A stretch of 62,496 nt of DNA, the filler included, from Globobulimina sp. (lineage: Eukaryota): NCBI GenBank assembly GCA_003354225.1. It is 12 parts of 12 records of this genome, joined end to end, with 100 filler letters (N's around TTAATTAATTAA, not from the genome) between each part and the next. Parts side by side here need not be neighbours in the genome. Positions count along the whole stretch, not along the records: positions 36,542 to 41,658 come from PIVH01000718.1; positions 41,759 to 46,870 come from PIVH01000719.1; 10 more parts are not named here. One strand, given 5' to 3'. Made by a program: the position numbers and the translations under genes. Of this stretch, positions 36,869-46,970 are shown in pieces (position 1 is the stretch's first letter; every line of letters begins with the position of its first letter). Below the pieces are notes generated by a model. The model had not been told where the DNA came from and searched no databases. It saw only the letters and a list, made by a program, of their open reading frames with translations.

Positions 36869-38967
36869 TTACAGATAGGAAGTCTTTTTTTTAAATTCTT
36901 CATCAGTTTGGTTCTTAATAGATTCTTCCACTTCAAACGCTTTGGTTTTTAAAAACGTTTCAAGAATTTGTTCCATTAAGAAAGGAGTTAATTTCTCCTC
37001 CATCCCACCATACATAGCCGCTTGTACTTGAATCATATACTTACCAATTTGTCTGCCACTAAACCCATGCGTTTTGTTCGTCAATCGATCCCAGATAAAA
37101 TCATCCTCCTCAAAGCCTGCAATATCAATCACTCTCCCTCGGATCACACCAGATTGGATATTCGCATGTTGTGCATGCTGTGTTATATAAACATCAAAAT
37201 AATGTCTCAACATAGTTTCCCTCTCTCTTTCCTGCGGTAAACCAAACTCAATCATATCGTCAATCCGATCAATGACAGCCTTGTCTAATGATTGTGGTAC
37301 ATTTGAGGCTAACACGATCATAAAATCTTTGGTTTCCGTGCCACTGCGATATAAAAACGCACTCAATGCATTCCGCATATTTTCACTCATCTTATCCGAT
37401 TCCCTGCCTTTACGCAAAAAAGCATCCGCTTCATCAATAAATAGAATAGTTCCTTTTTTTGAAGTTTCCGCCCAATCGAATATTTTATGCAATTCGGTCA
37501 CTGCATTTGCGCCCAATTGGATAAAATCTGCGCCAGTCATCACTGCATAATCCAAACCAGATTGCTCCGCCAACATTCGTGCAAACAATGTTTTACCAGT
37601 ACCTATTTTTTATTTATTTCTTTGTTTTTGTTTCAAATAAACAGTCGAGAACACACCCGGTGGTCCATAAATTAATAAATGTCGAAACGGAGCCTTATTA
37701 ATTTTAGTTTGCTGCGTACAACGTGTGATAAATTTTATTTTATTATTGATATCCGACGATAGTACAATCCCATTAAAATTGTTCTCATTTCTATTTTCTT
37801 CCGTTGCTTTACTTGCCAATTTCGCATTCATTTCAGAAATGCGTTTTTTTAACTCTTTGGAAGTATACCTCTGATTTTTACTGAAAAACCATGACTTACT
37901 AGGCTTTAAATCCTTGAATGAGCGCCGCGATGTCTCCCTTACTAGCGACGGTTTACCCCAATGTTTCTCTATTTGTCTGGCAACTAAATTGATGCCACGG
38001 CGACTGGCAGTGACCGCTGCTGTGATGGCCACTAAACCAGTGCCCATAATCCATAATTTCTCTTTGTCAGTGATTAAGTCCCTGACACCAGAGGCCAAAT
38101 TAGCGTACGCCAATAGCTCTTCTTTGCGTATTTCTAATTTGGTGGTCCGTCCTTCCTCCAATTCTTGCTTTTGTTCTCGTAGATGAACGTCTTCATTCTC
38201 TCGCTCTATCTTCATTTTCCCCTTTGTCTCTGCCCCAATCCGAATGGAATTGGTCTCCCGATCTAACTTTGCTTGGTAGTCCATGCTCTCTCTCCTTTTC
38301 ATTTCAATTTCTTCCTCAACTTTTTTCTGTCGCTGCAAATTCTCTTCGTTTAATTGTCTCTGTCTTTGTAGCCATTCTTCCTGCGCTTTTTTCTTCTGTT
38401 CCATCAATTGTTGCTCTAACTGCGCCTATTTTTTTTATTATTTTATTTATGAAATCGGACTTTTAACAAAAAAAAGTGTTTCTATAAAAAGATGAAAAAA
38501 TACTTTTTGTTGTGCTTCTTGTCTCATTTTTTCTTTCCATAATTCTTGTTGATGTTCATCGCGTTTCGCGTCCAGATCGTGCTGGTTTTGCATCATTTGT
38601 TGTCGGTATTGCATATTTTCTCGCGCCATTTGTTGTGTTCGCAGCTTTGCTTCGGCTTCTTTTCTCCGCTCTTGTTGCAAAGCGAGGCGTAACACATCTT
38701 TTGAGTGTGCAGAAGCATCTATTTCCTTCAATGCCTAATTAAAATCCGATACTATAGTTAGTCATGAAATTTCCAGAAAATTCAAAATATTTAACTTACC
38801 TTTGCTCCTTCCACGAGAGCGGAAGCATCAAAATCTGAGATAACTTTGGTGTTTGATACATCTGCTTCATCATCGACATAGTAGTCATCATCATACTCAT
38901 CGTCAATATCATCGTTGTCACCATCATTTGGTGGTGGAGGGTTACTTCCGCCAAATAACCACGACAT
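36869..38967 (-). CDS. ATAD3: ATAD3-family mitochondrial AAA+ ATPase; 4 exons
   Basis: FDASALVEGAK|ALKEIDAS, coiled coil, GKPSLVRETSR, APFRHLLIYGPPG|TGKT, LFIDEADAFL, LASN..DRID; introns 38735-38799, 38426-38503 and 37603-37656. Confidence 0.93.
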
Positions 38968-39341
38968 TAGTATCTATAAATAGTTGAAAAGACTTGAAAG
39001 TCCCGATGTGATCTGAATATGTTTGATGTTTTTGGGTGTGTTAGTAAAGTCTTTAATTAGTGCAAAATAAATGTGTATCAAAAATTTCAGCCACGCGACA
39101 GAAAGCAAGTATTAATAATTTCTTTTTTATCTACCAATTAAAAAGAAAATGGGTCAAGGAAAAAGCAAGCTAAATTTACTAAATTACGTCAAAAGAATTA
39201 GCATTTCTTTGTTTAACCATATTTTTTCTTTCAGCGGTTTAAGTTTAACCAAAATTTAAATATAACCGCAAACCGAACAGTCGTATATATTGTTTGACAG
39301 TGGGTTTGTAGTGATATAACACAATTAAATAAAAACACAAT

Positions 39342-40919
39342 CTATATATAAATATCACCGCATTGATGCATATCACCCGCATATTCAACAATTAGTTTGT
39401 CCAAATGATATCTGCCAAACAACTTTGCTAATTGGGAGTCGCGTATTTTTGTGGCCTCAATATTTGTTCTTTGTTGCATCATTTTGTCAATCAATTTTTC
39501 ATTCAGAACTGAATTATCTTGAACTATCATCACATTCAAACACATTTCAAACACATATCGTAAATTCCACAATTTATACACAATCAAGCAATTTACAACG
39601 AAATGTAGAATCAAGCAAATTGCAAATACACTGAAATGCCAATAATTGGACAATAACAAATATAGCGAATGCCACATGGATTGAGATGATGATAATGTTG
39701 AAATAAATAGCGATTTAATAACTTGATTTTCTGCAACATAATTTTGTATTGAATGATATGAATATAAATCAGTAATTATTTGGTGAGCAATGATATATGG
39801 ATACAATAACGCATATAATATGTATACAATTTGCAAAGGAATAAACACAAATAATAACATTATGTATTGCATTTCTACCAATTTGTCATAAAATGACATA
39901 CCATCCTCATCGTCATCATCATCATAAGCATTCTTCCATAACATTTTAAATTCCCATTTGAATGATTGTCGACTTGTTGAAGTAATTTGAGGTATTGTAT
40001 ACCCTCTTAATTCCCGAATAAATTTTGAAGTACATTCCGAATACGCAGTTGTTAATAATTTGCTTGCTACGTATTTTGCGCTCGATGGTATCCAAAATGC
40101 CGATGAATAATGTTCAGCGAGGACTTTATTTGCAATCCCTACTCTTAATTGATATTCGTCGACGTCATTTGTTTCAGGATATTTGCTGGCATTTGGCTGG
40201 TGTGTAATTGCTTTTTTTTTGAATAGTGATTGGAACTCACAATCAAAGAAAGCAAAAATCGGAATTAACAATGTTGTAAACAATGTGCCAAATATATTAC
40301 AACTATTTGATGGTTGATGGATATGTATAAATTTGAACAGTTTTTGATAGAATGCATCAGAGTGCGGACTGCTTAAATTATCATGAATGGGAAAGTATAA
40401 TTTTTTCGAGTAAATTGCAGGAATTATATTAATATTCGAATGGACAAATGATGACAACACAAAAACAGATAACTTGAAAAAAGAAATAAATGCTACTATC
40501 GGAAATGTAGCCACTCCGATAAATATAATAAGGGTCAGAATTAAAAATACAAAACATGCCACATCAAATCCACTAAATGACGTTTGATGAACTACACCAA
40601 CACAGGAAACAACAATGCATAATGCAACCACTGTTGACAAATTGAACAAAAATATCCAAATATACGTATAATAGGAATCACAATTATGCGTAAATAATGA
40701 TAATGGGGATATTTGGTACACACTTAATTGATTACCAGTTAATTCATTCTCTGTAAATCTTGCTTGCGAAAATTCCATCCATGCGACGGTGCTCGCAAAA
40801 ATGAACAAATCTGACAACATAAGGAAATTTACCAAATTCGCACGGTGATGAAAGGGAGGCATTGATCCCATGTCTGGCATTTTTTTCTTTTGATACCAGG
40901 TCATGTGTGGATAGGTCAT
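39342..40919 (-). CDS. Hypothetical multi-pass membrane protein
   Basis: 525-aa ATG ORF with about 5-7 hydrophobic helices; no family recognised. Confidence 0.7.
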   Translation of the reverse strand: MTYPHMTWYQKKKMPDMGSMPPFHHRANLVNFLMLSDLFIFASTVAWMEFSQARFTENELTGNQLSVYQISPLSLFTHNCDSYYTYIWIFLFNLSTVVALCIVVSCVGVVHQTSFSGFDVACFVFLILTLIIFIGVATFPIVAFISFFKLSVFVLSSFVHSNINIIPAIYSKKLYFPIHDNLSSPHSDAFYQKLFKFIHIHQPSNSCNIFGTLFTTLLIPIFAFFDCEFQSLFKKKAITHQPNASKYPETNDVDEYQLRVGIANKVLAEHYSSAFWIPSSAKYVASKLLTTAYSECTSKFIRELRGYTIPQITSTSRQSFKWEFKMLWKNAYDDDDDEDGMSFYDKLVEMQYIMLLFVFIPLQIVYILYALLYPYIIAHQIITDLYSYHSIQNYVAENQVIKSLFISTLSSSQSMWHSLYLLLSNYWHFSVFAICLILHFVVNCLIVYKLWNLRYVFEMCLNVMIVQDNSVLNEKLIDKMMQQRTNIEATKIRDSQLAKLFGRYHLDKLIVEYAGDMHQCGDIYI

Positions 40920-40987
40920 ATTTCCGACTCAGTTTGTAGTTTTTTTACATTCCCAAAACTTCTTACCTACTCTCACCTGCCTATCCA

Positions 40988-41658
40988 ATGGCAGACCCTT
41001 ATGCATATGACAGCATATATTACCCTACAAACCATCGTGACGGTGACCTCACCAAAACAAACCCAATCATAGACGATAGCGACCCAAACAAAGAACAAAT
41101 GGTGGTGAAAATTGGCATTTTAGGCAATCAAGATGTCGGCAAAGCTAGTTTTATGCGTCGCTATGTGCGCGACGAATTCAATCAACATTCCTCATACGGA
41201 TATTACAACAATAGCCCAGGCTCCGTCTTATTTTTAGAAAAGCAAATCTCTATGAAAAATGTAAACTTGTTCCTAGGTTTATGGTGTTCCACAACTTACA
41301 ATATCTACGAATCTGCGTTGCAATTAGTGTGTCAAGACGCAAATGTCGTAATCTTCATGTTCTCGCTCACCAACAAAGCCTCCTTAAATGCAATAAAATC
41401 GTGGTACGACCAAGCCTTAGCTCAAAATAAACAGTTTATCCCCATCTTAGTCGGTACCAAATACGATATCGTCCATGAAAATATCTCGGGTTCCAATGCA
41501 AACTCTCATTTTTACCTCAATCAATATCATAAAATGACCAGAATCGCCAGGAAATATGCCATGAAAATGAAGGCTTCATTGATATATATTTCATCCAAAT
41601 CCAACACAAATATCAATCATATCATTAAAGTGTGCGTAGCCAAAGTATTTAACATCAA
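40988..41658 (+). CDS. Spg1/Tem1-like small GTPase with degenerate G motifs; 3'-truncated
   Basis: VKIGILGNQDVGKASFM, FLEKQI, LVCQDANVVIFMFSLT, IKSWY, PILVGTKYD, ARKYAMKMKASLIYISS, AKVFNI match the Spg1/Tem1 pattern. Confidence 0.8.
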
Positions 41659-41758
41659 NNNNNNNNNNNNNNNNNNNNNNNNNNNNNNNNNNNNNNNNNN
41701 NNTTAATTAATTAANNNNNNNNNNNNNNNNNNNNNNNNNNNNNNNNNNNNNNNNNNNN

Positions 41759-41854
41759 GATGAATCCAATGATGAATCCAATGATGAATCCAATGATGAA
41801 TCCAATGATGAATCCAATGATGAATCCAATGATGAATCCAGTGATGAATCCAGT
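41759..41854 (+). repeat. 8 x 12-bp GATGAATCCA(A/G)T tandem repeat encoding (DESN/DESS)n
   Basis: Read directly from the sequence; in frame with the helicase ORF with no intervening stop. Confidence 0.95.
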
Positions 41855-43771
41855 GAGAAAATATTTTTTGATGCTGCATCAAGAAGCCGATTATCCAGAA
41901 AACGACGATTCGACGATGTTGATGATGGTTTGACTGGTAGTCGAAAAAAAAGACGATTGTCAGAAACAACGCATTTATCACAGTCATTGTCACAATTATT
42001 ATCAGCTAATCACAATGTTTATGAATCGTCACAATTATTATCACTTGAAGAAAATAAACAAAATGAAGAAAATGATGATGAATCGTCACAATTAGTATCA
42101 CTTGAAGAAAAGGAAGAAAATGAAGGAACTATATGGGACCAGACTTATTTAGGTATCGATAAAGCGGATTTTGTGAGCCATGCGAATCTGATCCCTGAAT
42201 TAACTTATAAATCGTTAATATTGGAAGAATTGCAAGATATTAATGATCGTGATTTGGCATTGGATGAAGACAATAATAATTACGACGCAGTAAAACAATG
42301 GGTCGAATGTTTTCTGTGCAGAATCGTCACACCGCAAATGTATTACAATTTACATACAATGAAACAATGCAATGCACAATTTATTTTAGCAGTGGTGAAA
42401 TATAAAGTTGTTAAAAATACCAAGAAAGATGGAATGAGTGTCAAGTATGTTCCTTTTTATCCCAGATGGGCGACCGATGCAAATATAAAATCATTTGATT
42501 CAGTTGCATGGATTCCGCCTCCATGTCATTTATTTATTGATCGAAGGAATGGTAAAGGATTAGTATTAAATAAATTTGATTTTACGTCATATTATCAGTT
42601 TGTCAGTCGTCCATTACGAAATTCACTACGTGCGCATCATCTGATTGATTTTTTTAGCAACGGTATTTGCAGAGGAAAGGAGAATGTAATCCATTTTTTT
42701 TGTTGTTACTTATTTCATTTGATACATTATCCTGTCGTTAATCCGCAGTTATTCATCATCTTATACTCGTTTGCACGTGGAACTGGAAAGAATGCATTCT
42801 GTTATTTAATCAAAGCATTTATGGGTAATGTGTATTTTCGAGAGATCAGTGGATATCAATTTTTTCAGAATACAACGTTTACGGGAGAAACAGAATATAT
42901 TTTAACTGTCATAAATGAATCACAACTGGTCACTAAACCACAGATAGAAAAATTAAAAGCAAAAATTACCAATGAAACAGCATTAGTAAATAAGAAATAT
43001 GAGCAGTCATCGTTACAAATTAATGTCGAAAGGTGTATTATGTGTATCAACACCAAAAATTGTGGTTTAACTGGTAGAAGATTTGCACCTTTTCATGTAT
43101 CAGAGGATAGAGCGAGAGAGAAAGCCCATTTTAATATGATATATACTGGAATAAGAGATCCTGATGCGGTGAGACAGTGTTGGGAATGGATTCGTAGTAA
43201 AGTAACATTGCAGGAACGAGATGAAATGAAAAAAAATCAGTTTAATTTCGAACATTTATTTCAATCAATCCAAGGTAATGAGTATCGTGAAGAGAATGAA
43301 TATGTAAATGCAGGAGTAATAATTAAATTCTTTACATACTTATTATTATTTGTGTTTAATATTAAGAAGGAAAGGGATTTTCGATTAGCAGCAGCTCGAC
43401 CTAAAGCAAACATTACACATATTGTTCTTTTTGATAGATCGGATATTAGGACTATGTTTAGCAGTTTCTATGTTCAAATTGACGGAGGTCAAGCATCGGA
43501 CGTATTTTCAACATATGGAGCATTTCGCATGGCATTGGAAGATATTCAACATTCTGGATTCAGTTTCTTTGCTGATCATAGACAAGCATCGACTAGATAT
43601 TGGTGTTATAATTTTGTAGTATTGTTAAAATATATGAAGACACAATATCCAAGTTTAATGAAACAATGTTTAAAAAAAAGAAGGAGAATTGATATAGTCA
43701 TTCCAAAAACAGTTATTTTTCAACCTTATGAAAAATGTACAAAAACATTACAAAGAGAGTTTCTATGTTAA
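41759..43771 (+). CDS. D5/NrS-1-like (DUF5906-type) superfamily 3 helicase; 5'-truncated, with acidic repetitive N-terminus
   Basis: Frame open from the contig edge. RWATDANIKSFDSVAWIPPP; ICRGKENVIHFFCCYLFHLIHYP; Walker A ARGTGKN; Walker B LTVINE; EKLKAKIT..VNKKY; motif C IMCIN; Arg finger GRRF. Confidence 0.8.
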   Translation, partial: DESNDESNDESNDESNDESNDESNDESSDESSEKIFFDAASRSRLSRKRRFDDVDDGLTGSRKKRRLSETTHLSQSLSQLLSANHNVYESSQLLSLEENKQNEENDDESSQLVSLEEKEENEGTIWDQTYLGIDKADFVSHANLIPELTYKSLILEELQDINDRDLALDEDNNNYDAVKQWVECFLCRIVTPQMYYNLHTMKQCNAQFILAVVKYKVVKNTKKDGMSVKYVPFYPRWATDANIKSFDSVAWIPPPCHLFIDRRNGKGLVLNKFDFTSYYQFVSRPLRNSLRAHHLIDFFSNGICRGKENVIHFFCCYLFHLIHYPVVNPQLFIILYSFARGTGKNAFCYLIKAFMGNVYFREISGYQFFQNTTFTGETEYILTVINESQLVTKPQIEKLKAKITNETALVNKKYEQSSLQINVERCIMCINTKNCGLTGRRFAPFHVSEDRAREKAHFNMIYTGIRDPDAVRQCWEWIRSKVTLQERDEMKKNQFNFEHLFQSIQGNEYREENEYVNAGVIIKFFTYLLLFVFNIKKERDFRLAAARPKANITHIVLFDRSDIRTMFSSFYVQIDGGQASDVFSTYGAFRMALEDIQHSGFSFFADHRQASTRYWCYNFVVLLKYMKTQYPSLMKQCLKKRRRIDIVIPKTVIFQPYEKCTKTLQREFLC

Positions 43772-43833
43772 TTAAAATTCAATTATTTAAATTCTGAGTG
43801 TTTATTTAAAAACATTAAAATCTGCAAAACATT

Positions 43834-45000
43834 ATGTTCGATCTCTTGAAATTTAAAGAGACTGCTGTTCTCTTGTTGCAACATCTTAATAAACGGGAGA
43901 CTTTTGAACCTACGACACGCACGTTACAGACACTGATCGATGCAGCCAAATTACACTACAAAAAATCCAATCGACGATGTATTTATGCTGGACTTTTCAT
44001 TAAATTCGTTAAATCTTTACAAAGTGAATATCAATGTTTACCGGATCGTAATACCGATGAAGTATGCTCTATGCTTATAACAACTATTAACAATGCACCA
44101 AATCAACCAGCTTTGAAAAAACGATTATTTAATCTGAACGATAGCCAAAATACATTAAAATGTGGAATCAAAATGTCACCAATTACGACAAGCATGTCTC
44201 CAATGGAGACAATCAATATGTCGCCAATAAAGGTTGGTTGTATAGATATTAAGAAAATGCCACGTTTGGAAAGCGGCGAAGGTCCCTCGTTATTGGATCT
44301 TACAACTCCAACACCATCAGTATCCCCGATCAACTCCATCCCATCCAAATCAATCAGAATCAAAAACGAAAAATATAGTGAATCATTCGAAGGGAGAATA
44401 AGATCGATAGTTGATCATTCAAACAACAGTTTAAACAATAAAACTCAAACACAAAATAAACAGATATATTCAGCTCATACAGCGACACCAAAACCAATCA
44501 ATACAAACAATAATAATTATTCGCTCCGGAAAGGTCGGTATGTCGGTCAAGATAATTTCATGCCGTACGAAGCAAAAAAGGAAACAAGTATTGATGTAAC
44601 ACATTTTAATTTGAAAGAAACAAGAAATGACAATACAGTGGCAAGTCCAGTGGCAAGTCCATTGATATTAAATATATCAAATACAATGACAACGCACAAC
44701 TCCAAAGCGATGAAGACAACGATGAAAATATCAAATATTGATGAAGACAACGATGAAGACAACGAGCTGCTTTATGATTGGTTAAGCGATTTGGATTTAA
44801 CCACTTTGAATGTGAATGTAACCGGAAAGGAAAAAAAGAAGAAAAAAAGAAAAAGGGAAAAAAAGAAAAAGGAAAAAAAGAAAAAGGAAAAAAAAAGGAA
44901 AAAAAGAAACAAGAAACGAAAACTCAACCAAGTATATGATAGCGACGGACAAACAACAGTTAAAACGGAAAATAAACGAAAAAAACAAAAATTTCATTAA
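43834..45000 (+). CDS. Hypothetical nuclear protein: helical N-terminus, SP/TP-rich linker, poly-Lys NLS-like tail
   Basis: 388-aa intronless ATG ORF 62 nt downstream of the helicase. Confidence 0.7.
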   Translation: MFDLLKFKETAVLLLQHLNKRETFEPTTRTLQTLIDAAKLHYKKSNRRCIYAGLFIKFVKSLQSEYQCLPDRNTDEVCSMLITTINNAPNQPALKKRLFNLNDSQNTLKCGIKMSPITTSMSPMETINMSPIKVGCIDIKKMPRLESGEGPSLLDLTTPTPSVSPINSIPSKSIRIKNEKYSESFEGRIRSIVDHSNNSLNNKTQTQNKQIYSAHTATPKPINTNNNNYSLRKGRYVGQDNFMPYEAKKETSIDVTHFNLKETRNDNTVASPVASPLILNISNTMTTHNSKAMKTTMKISNIDEDNDEDNELLYDWLSDLDLTTLNVNVTGKEKKKKKRKREKKKKEKKKKEKKRKKRNKKRKLNQVYDSDGQTTVKTENKRKKQKFH

Positions 45001-45150
45001 CATTGTATTGCGTAACGTAAACATGGAATGGGCACATATTTAAATTTTGTTATTGTAATAATATTTTAACAGACTTGAGTCACTGATTTAACAGACTTGA
45101 CTTCAAAAAATTGAAAAAAACTCTCTCTATTTAACAATCCTTGAAAGACA

Positions 45151-46315
45151 ATGCAACACAAAACCTATGAATTAAATATATCTGATGATGAATATCATCA
45201 GTATAAACATGTAAAACCACGATGCAATAAATATCAAACAGTAAGGTCGAAGAGGTCGAGGTCGAGGGGAGAGAATAATCGAGATCGGAGGGGAGAGAAT
45301 AATCGAGATCGGAGGGGAGAGAATAATCGAGGTCGAGATAATTATTACAATCGAGATCGGATGGGAGAGAATAATCGAGGTCGGAGGGGAGAGAATGATA
45401 ATTATTATAATCGAAGTCGAGATCGAGGTCGGATGCGAGAGAATAATCGCATTCGCGATACCGGACCGCGGTCAGAGTACTCAGGATCGAGGCGGGAAAG
45501 AAATCTGGATTCAAATCCGTATTTGGCATCGCAGTCGAGGTCGAGGTCGAGGTAGCAGGGGAAAAAATCCGGTGTAGTGGCATCACCACCGCATAATACG
45601 AATAATACAATGGGTTTAGAATCACCACCGCATACACCATCACCATCACTGTCATCGAATAATAATTCAACGGCATTACCACCGCATATACCGATCCCTA
45701 CAATAGATTTAACAACACCATCACCACAGCACAGTAATATAAATAATAATTCGCTGATTGATTTGTCATCACCACCACGTAAAATGCGAAGCGCCGGTTT
45801 GTGTCTGTGTTGTACATATATCTGTGTTCTGTACTTGTGATTTGAATGTGTGGTTTTGTATCTTGTATTGTATCTATTTAGTACACCATTTGTTTTGTTT
45901 GATGTTTACCGCCGACGGTACACCAGCTATGGATGAAGATAAAGAGGCATATGGTGGTGGTTTGAGTGCATTTAAACAACAAGACATCGAGGACTTAGCA
46001 TTTGATAATGATCCTACAAACGAGGATATTCAATGGCATCTATTCGAGAATCATTGCGATGCGAAGAAGAGACTAATAAAAGCAGCCAATGATCTGCGCG
46101 ATACCAATGAGCATAGGGGAAACTTAAAACGGCGTTATGATGCGAATTTTTACAAATTAAAAATTTTAGAGAAGGCGATTGAAACACTACCTCTTCCGAT
46201 GCAAGCAAAAATCAAGAATGCTGTGGAAATGGTGGAGAAGGAAATGGTGGAGAAGGAAATGGTGGAGAAGGAAAAGAAGGAAAAGAAGAAATGTAAGAAA
46301 AGAAGTGATTGTTAA
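45151..46315 (+). CDS. Putative split gene: RS/RGENN-repeat ORF (45151-45555), in-frame Pro-rich continuation after one TAG, intron 45797-45881, coiled-coil exon ending at 46315
   Basis: 45151 and 45577 are in the same frame; the GT..TTTAG intron joins ..RSA V HHLF.. in phase 1 with ORF 45758-46315. Confidence 0.55.
45265..45450 (+). repeat. 24-bp degenerate repeat AGGGGAGAGAATAATCGAGATCGG encoding RGENNRDR
   Basis: Copies at 45265, 45289 and 45313 plus diverged downstream copies. Confidence 0.85.
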
Positions 46316-46589
46316 TGACTGGAAGTACGTAATTATAATCCATATTGTTTTTTTTTTTTTTTGAATTTGAAAATGGATCTATTTAATATTGCTTGTATTC
46401 ATAGAAAAATTAAACCTTGTTTGTCATCATAGAGGGTACCACGGAAAACTATTAATTTAACACAAGGGTTTATCAAAATAAGTGACTTTTTAGGTTTAAT
46501 TTGAAAAAAAATAAACATCAATGTCATATTGAAAAAACATCAATGTCATATTTAATTAATTTACAAAGTACAAACAACGGTCATATTAA

Positions 46590-46870
46590 TTATTTCAAAA
46601 AAAAAAGGCGATTGTGGTTTGGTATTGGTAAGTGGCGGTCACTGTCACACACGTGAATGATATTCGTTTGTATTGTTATTCTATCTTTTTTTAATTGCAC
46701 TTCTGTGTGCTTTATAATTCCTGGCAGTTGGCACATTGTTGTCGATGGATGTATTTCAAACGCGCGAACTAGATTAAATTGACCAGTGTCTCTATATATG
46801 TACCAGAATGAGTATGCTGCCAATAGTTGATTTTTTTTATCGAATTCAATTCCTTTATAGGGTGCTGGCT
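46590..46870 (-). CDS. 3' end of a hypothetical protein running off the contig
   Basis: Frame open from the contig edge (PAPYKGIEFDKKNQLLAAYSFW...) to TAA at 46590. Confidence 0.45.
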
Positions 46871-46970
46871 NNNNNNNNNNNNNNNNNNNNNNNNNNNNNN
46901 NNNNNNNNNNNNNNTTAATTAATTAANNNNNNNNNNNNNNNNNNNNNNNNNNNNNNNNNNNNNNNNNNNN

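Noticed and set aside
41759-41854. Telomeric repeat at a contig end, and the antisense (HHWI)n ORF
   Set aside because: The repeat is in frame with the helicase ORF as (DESN)n; the contig probably broke at the repeat, and the antisense ORF is a shadow
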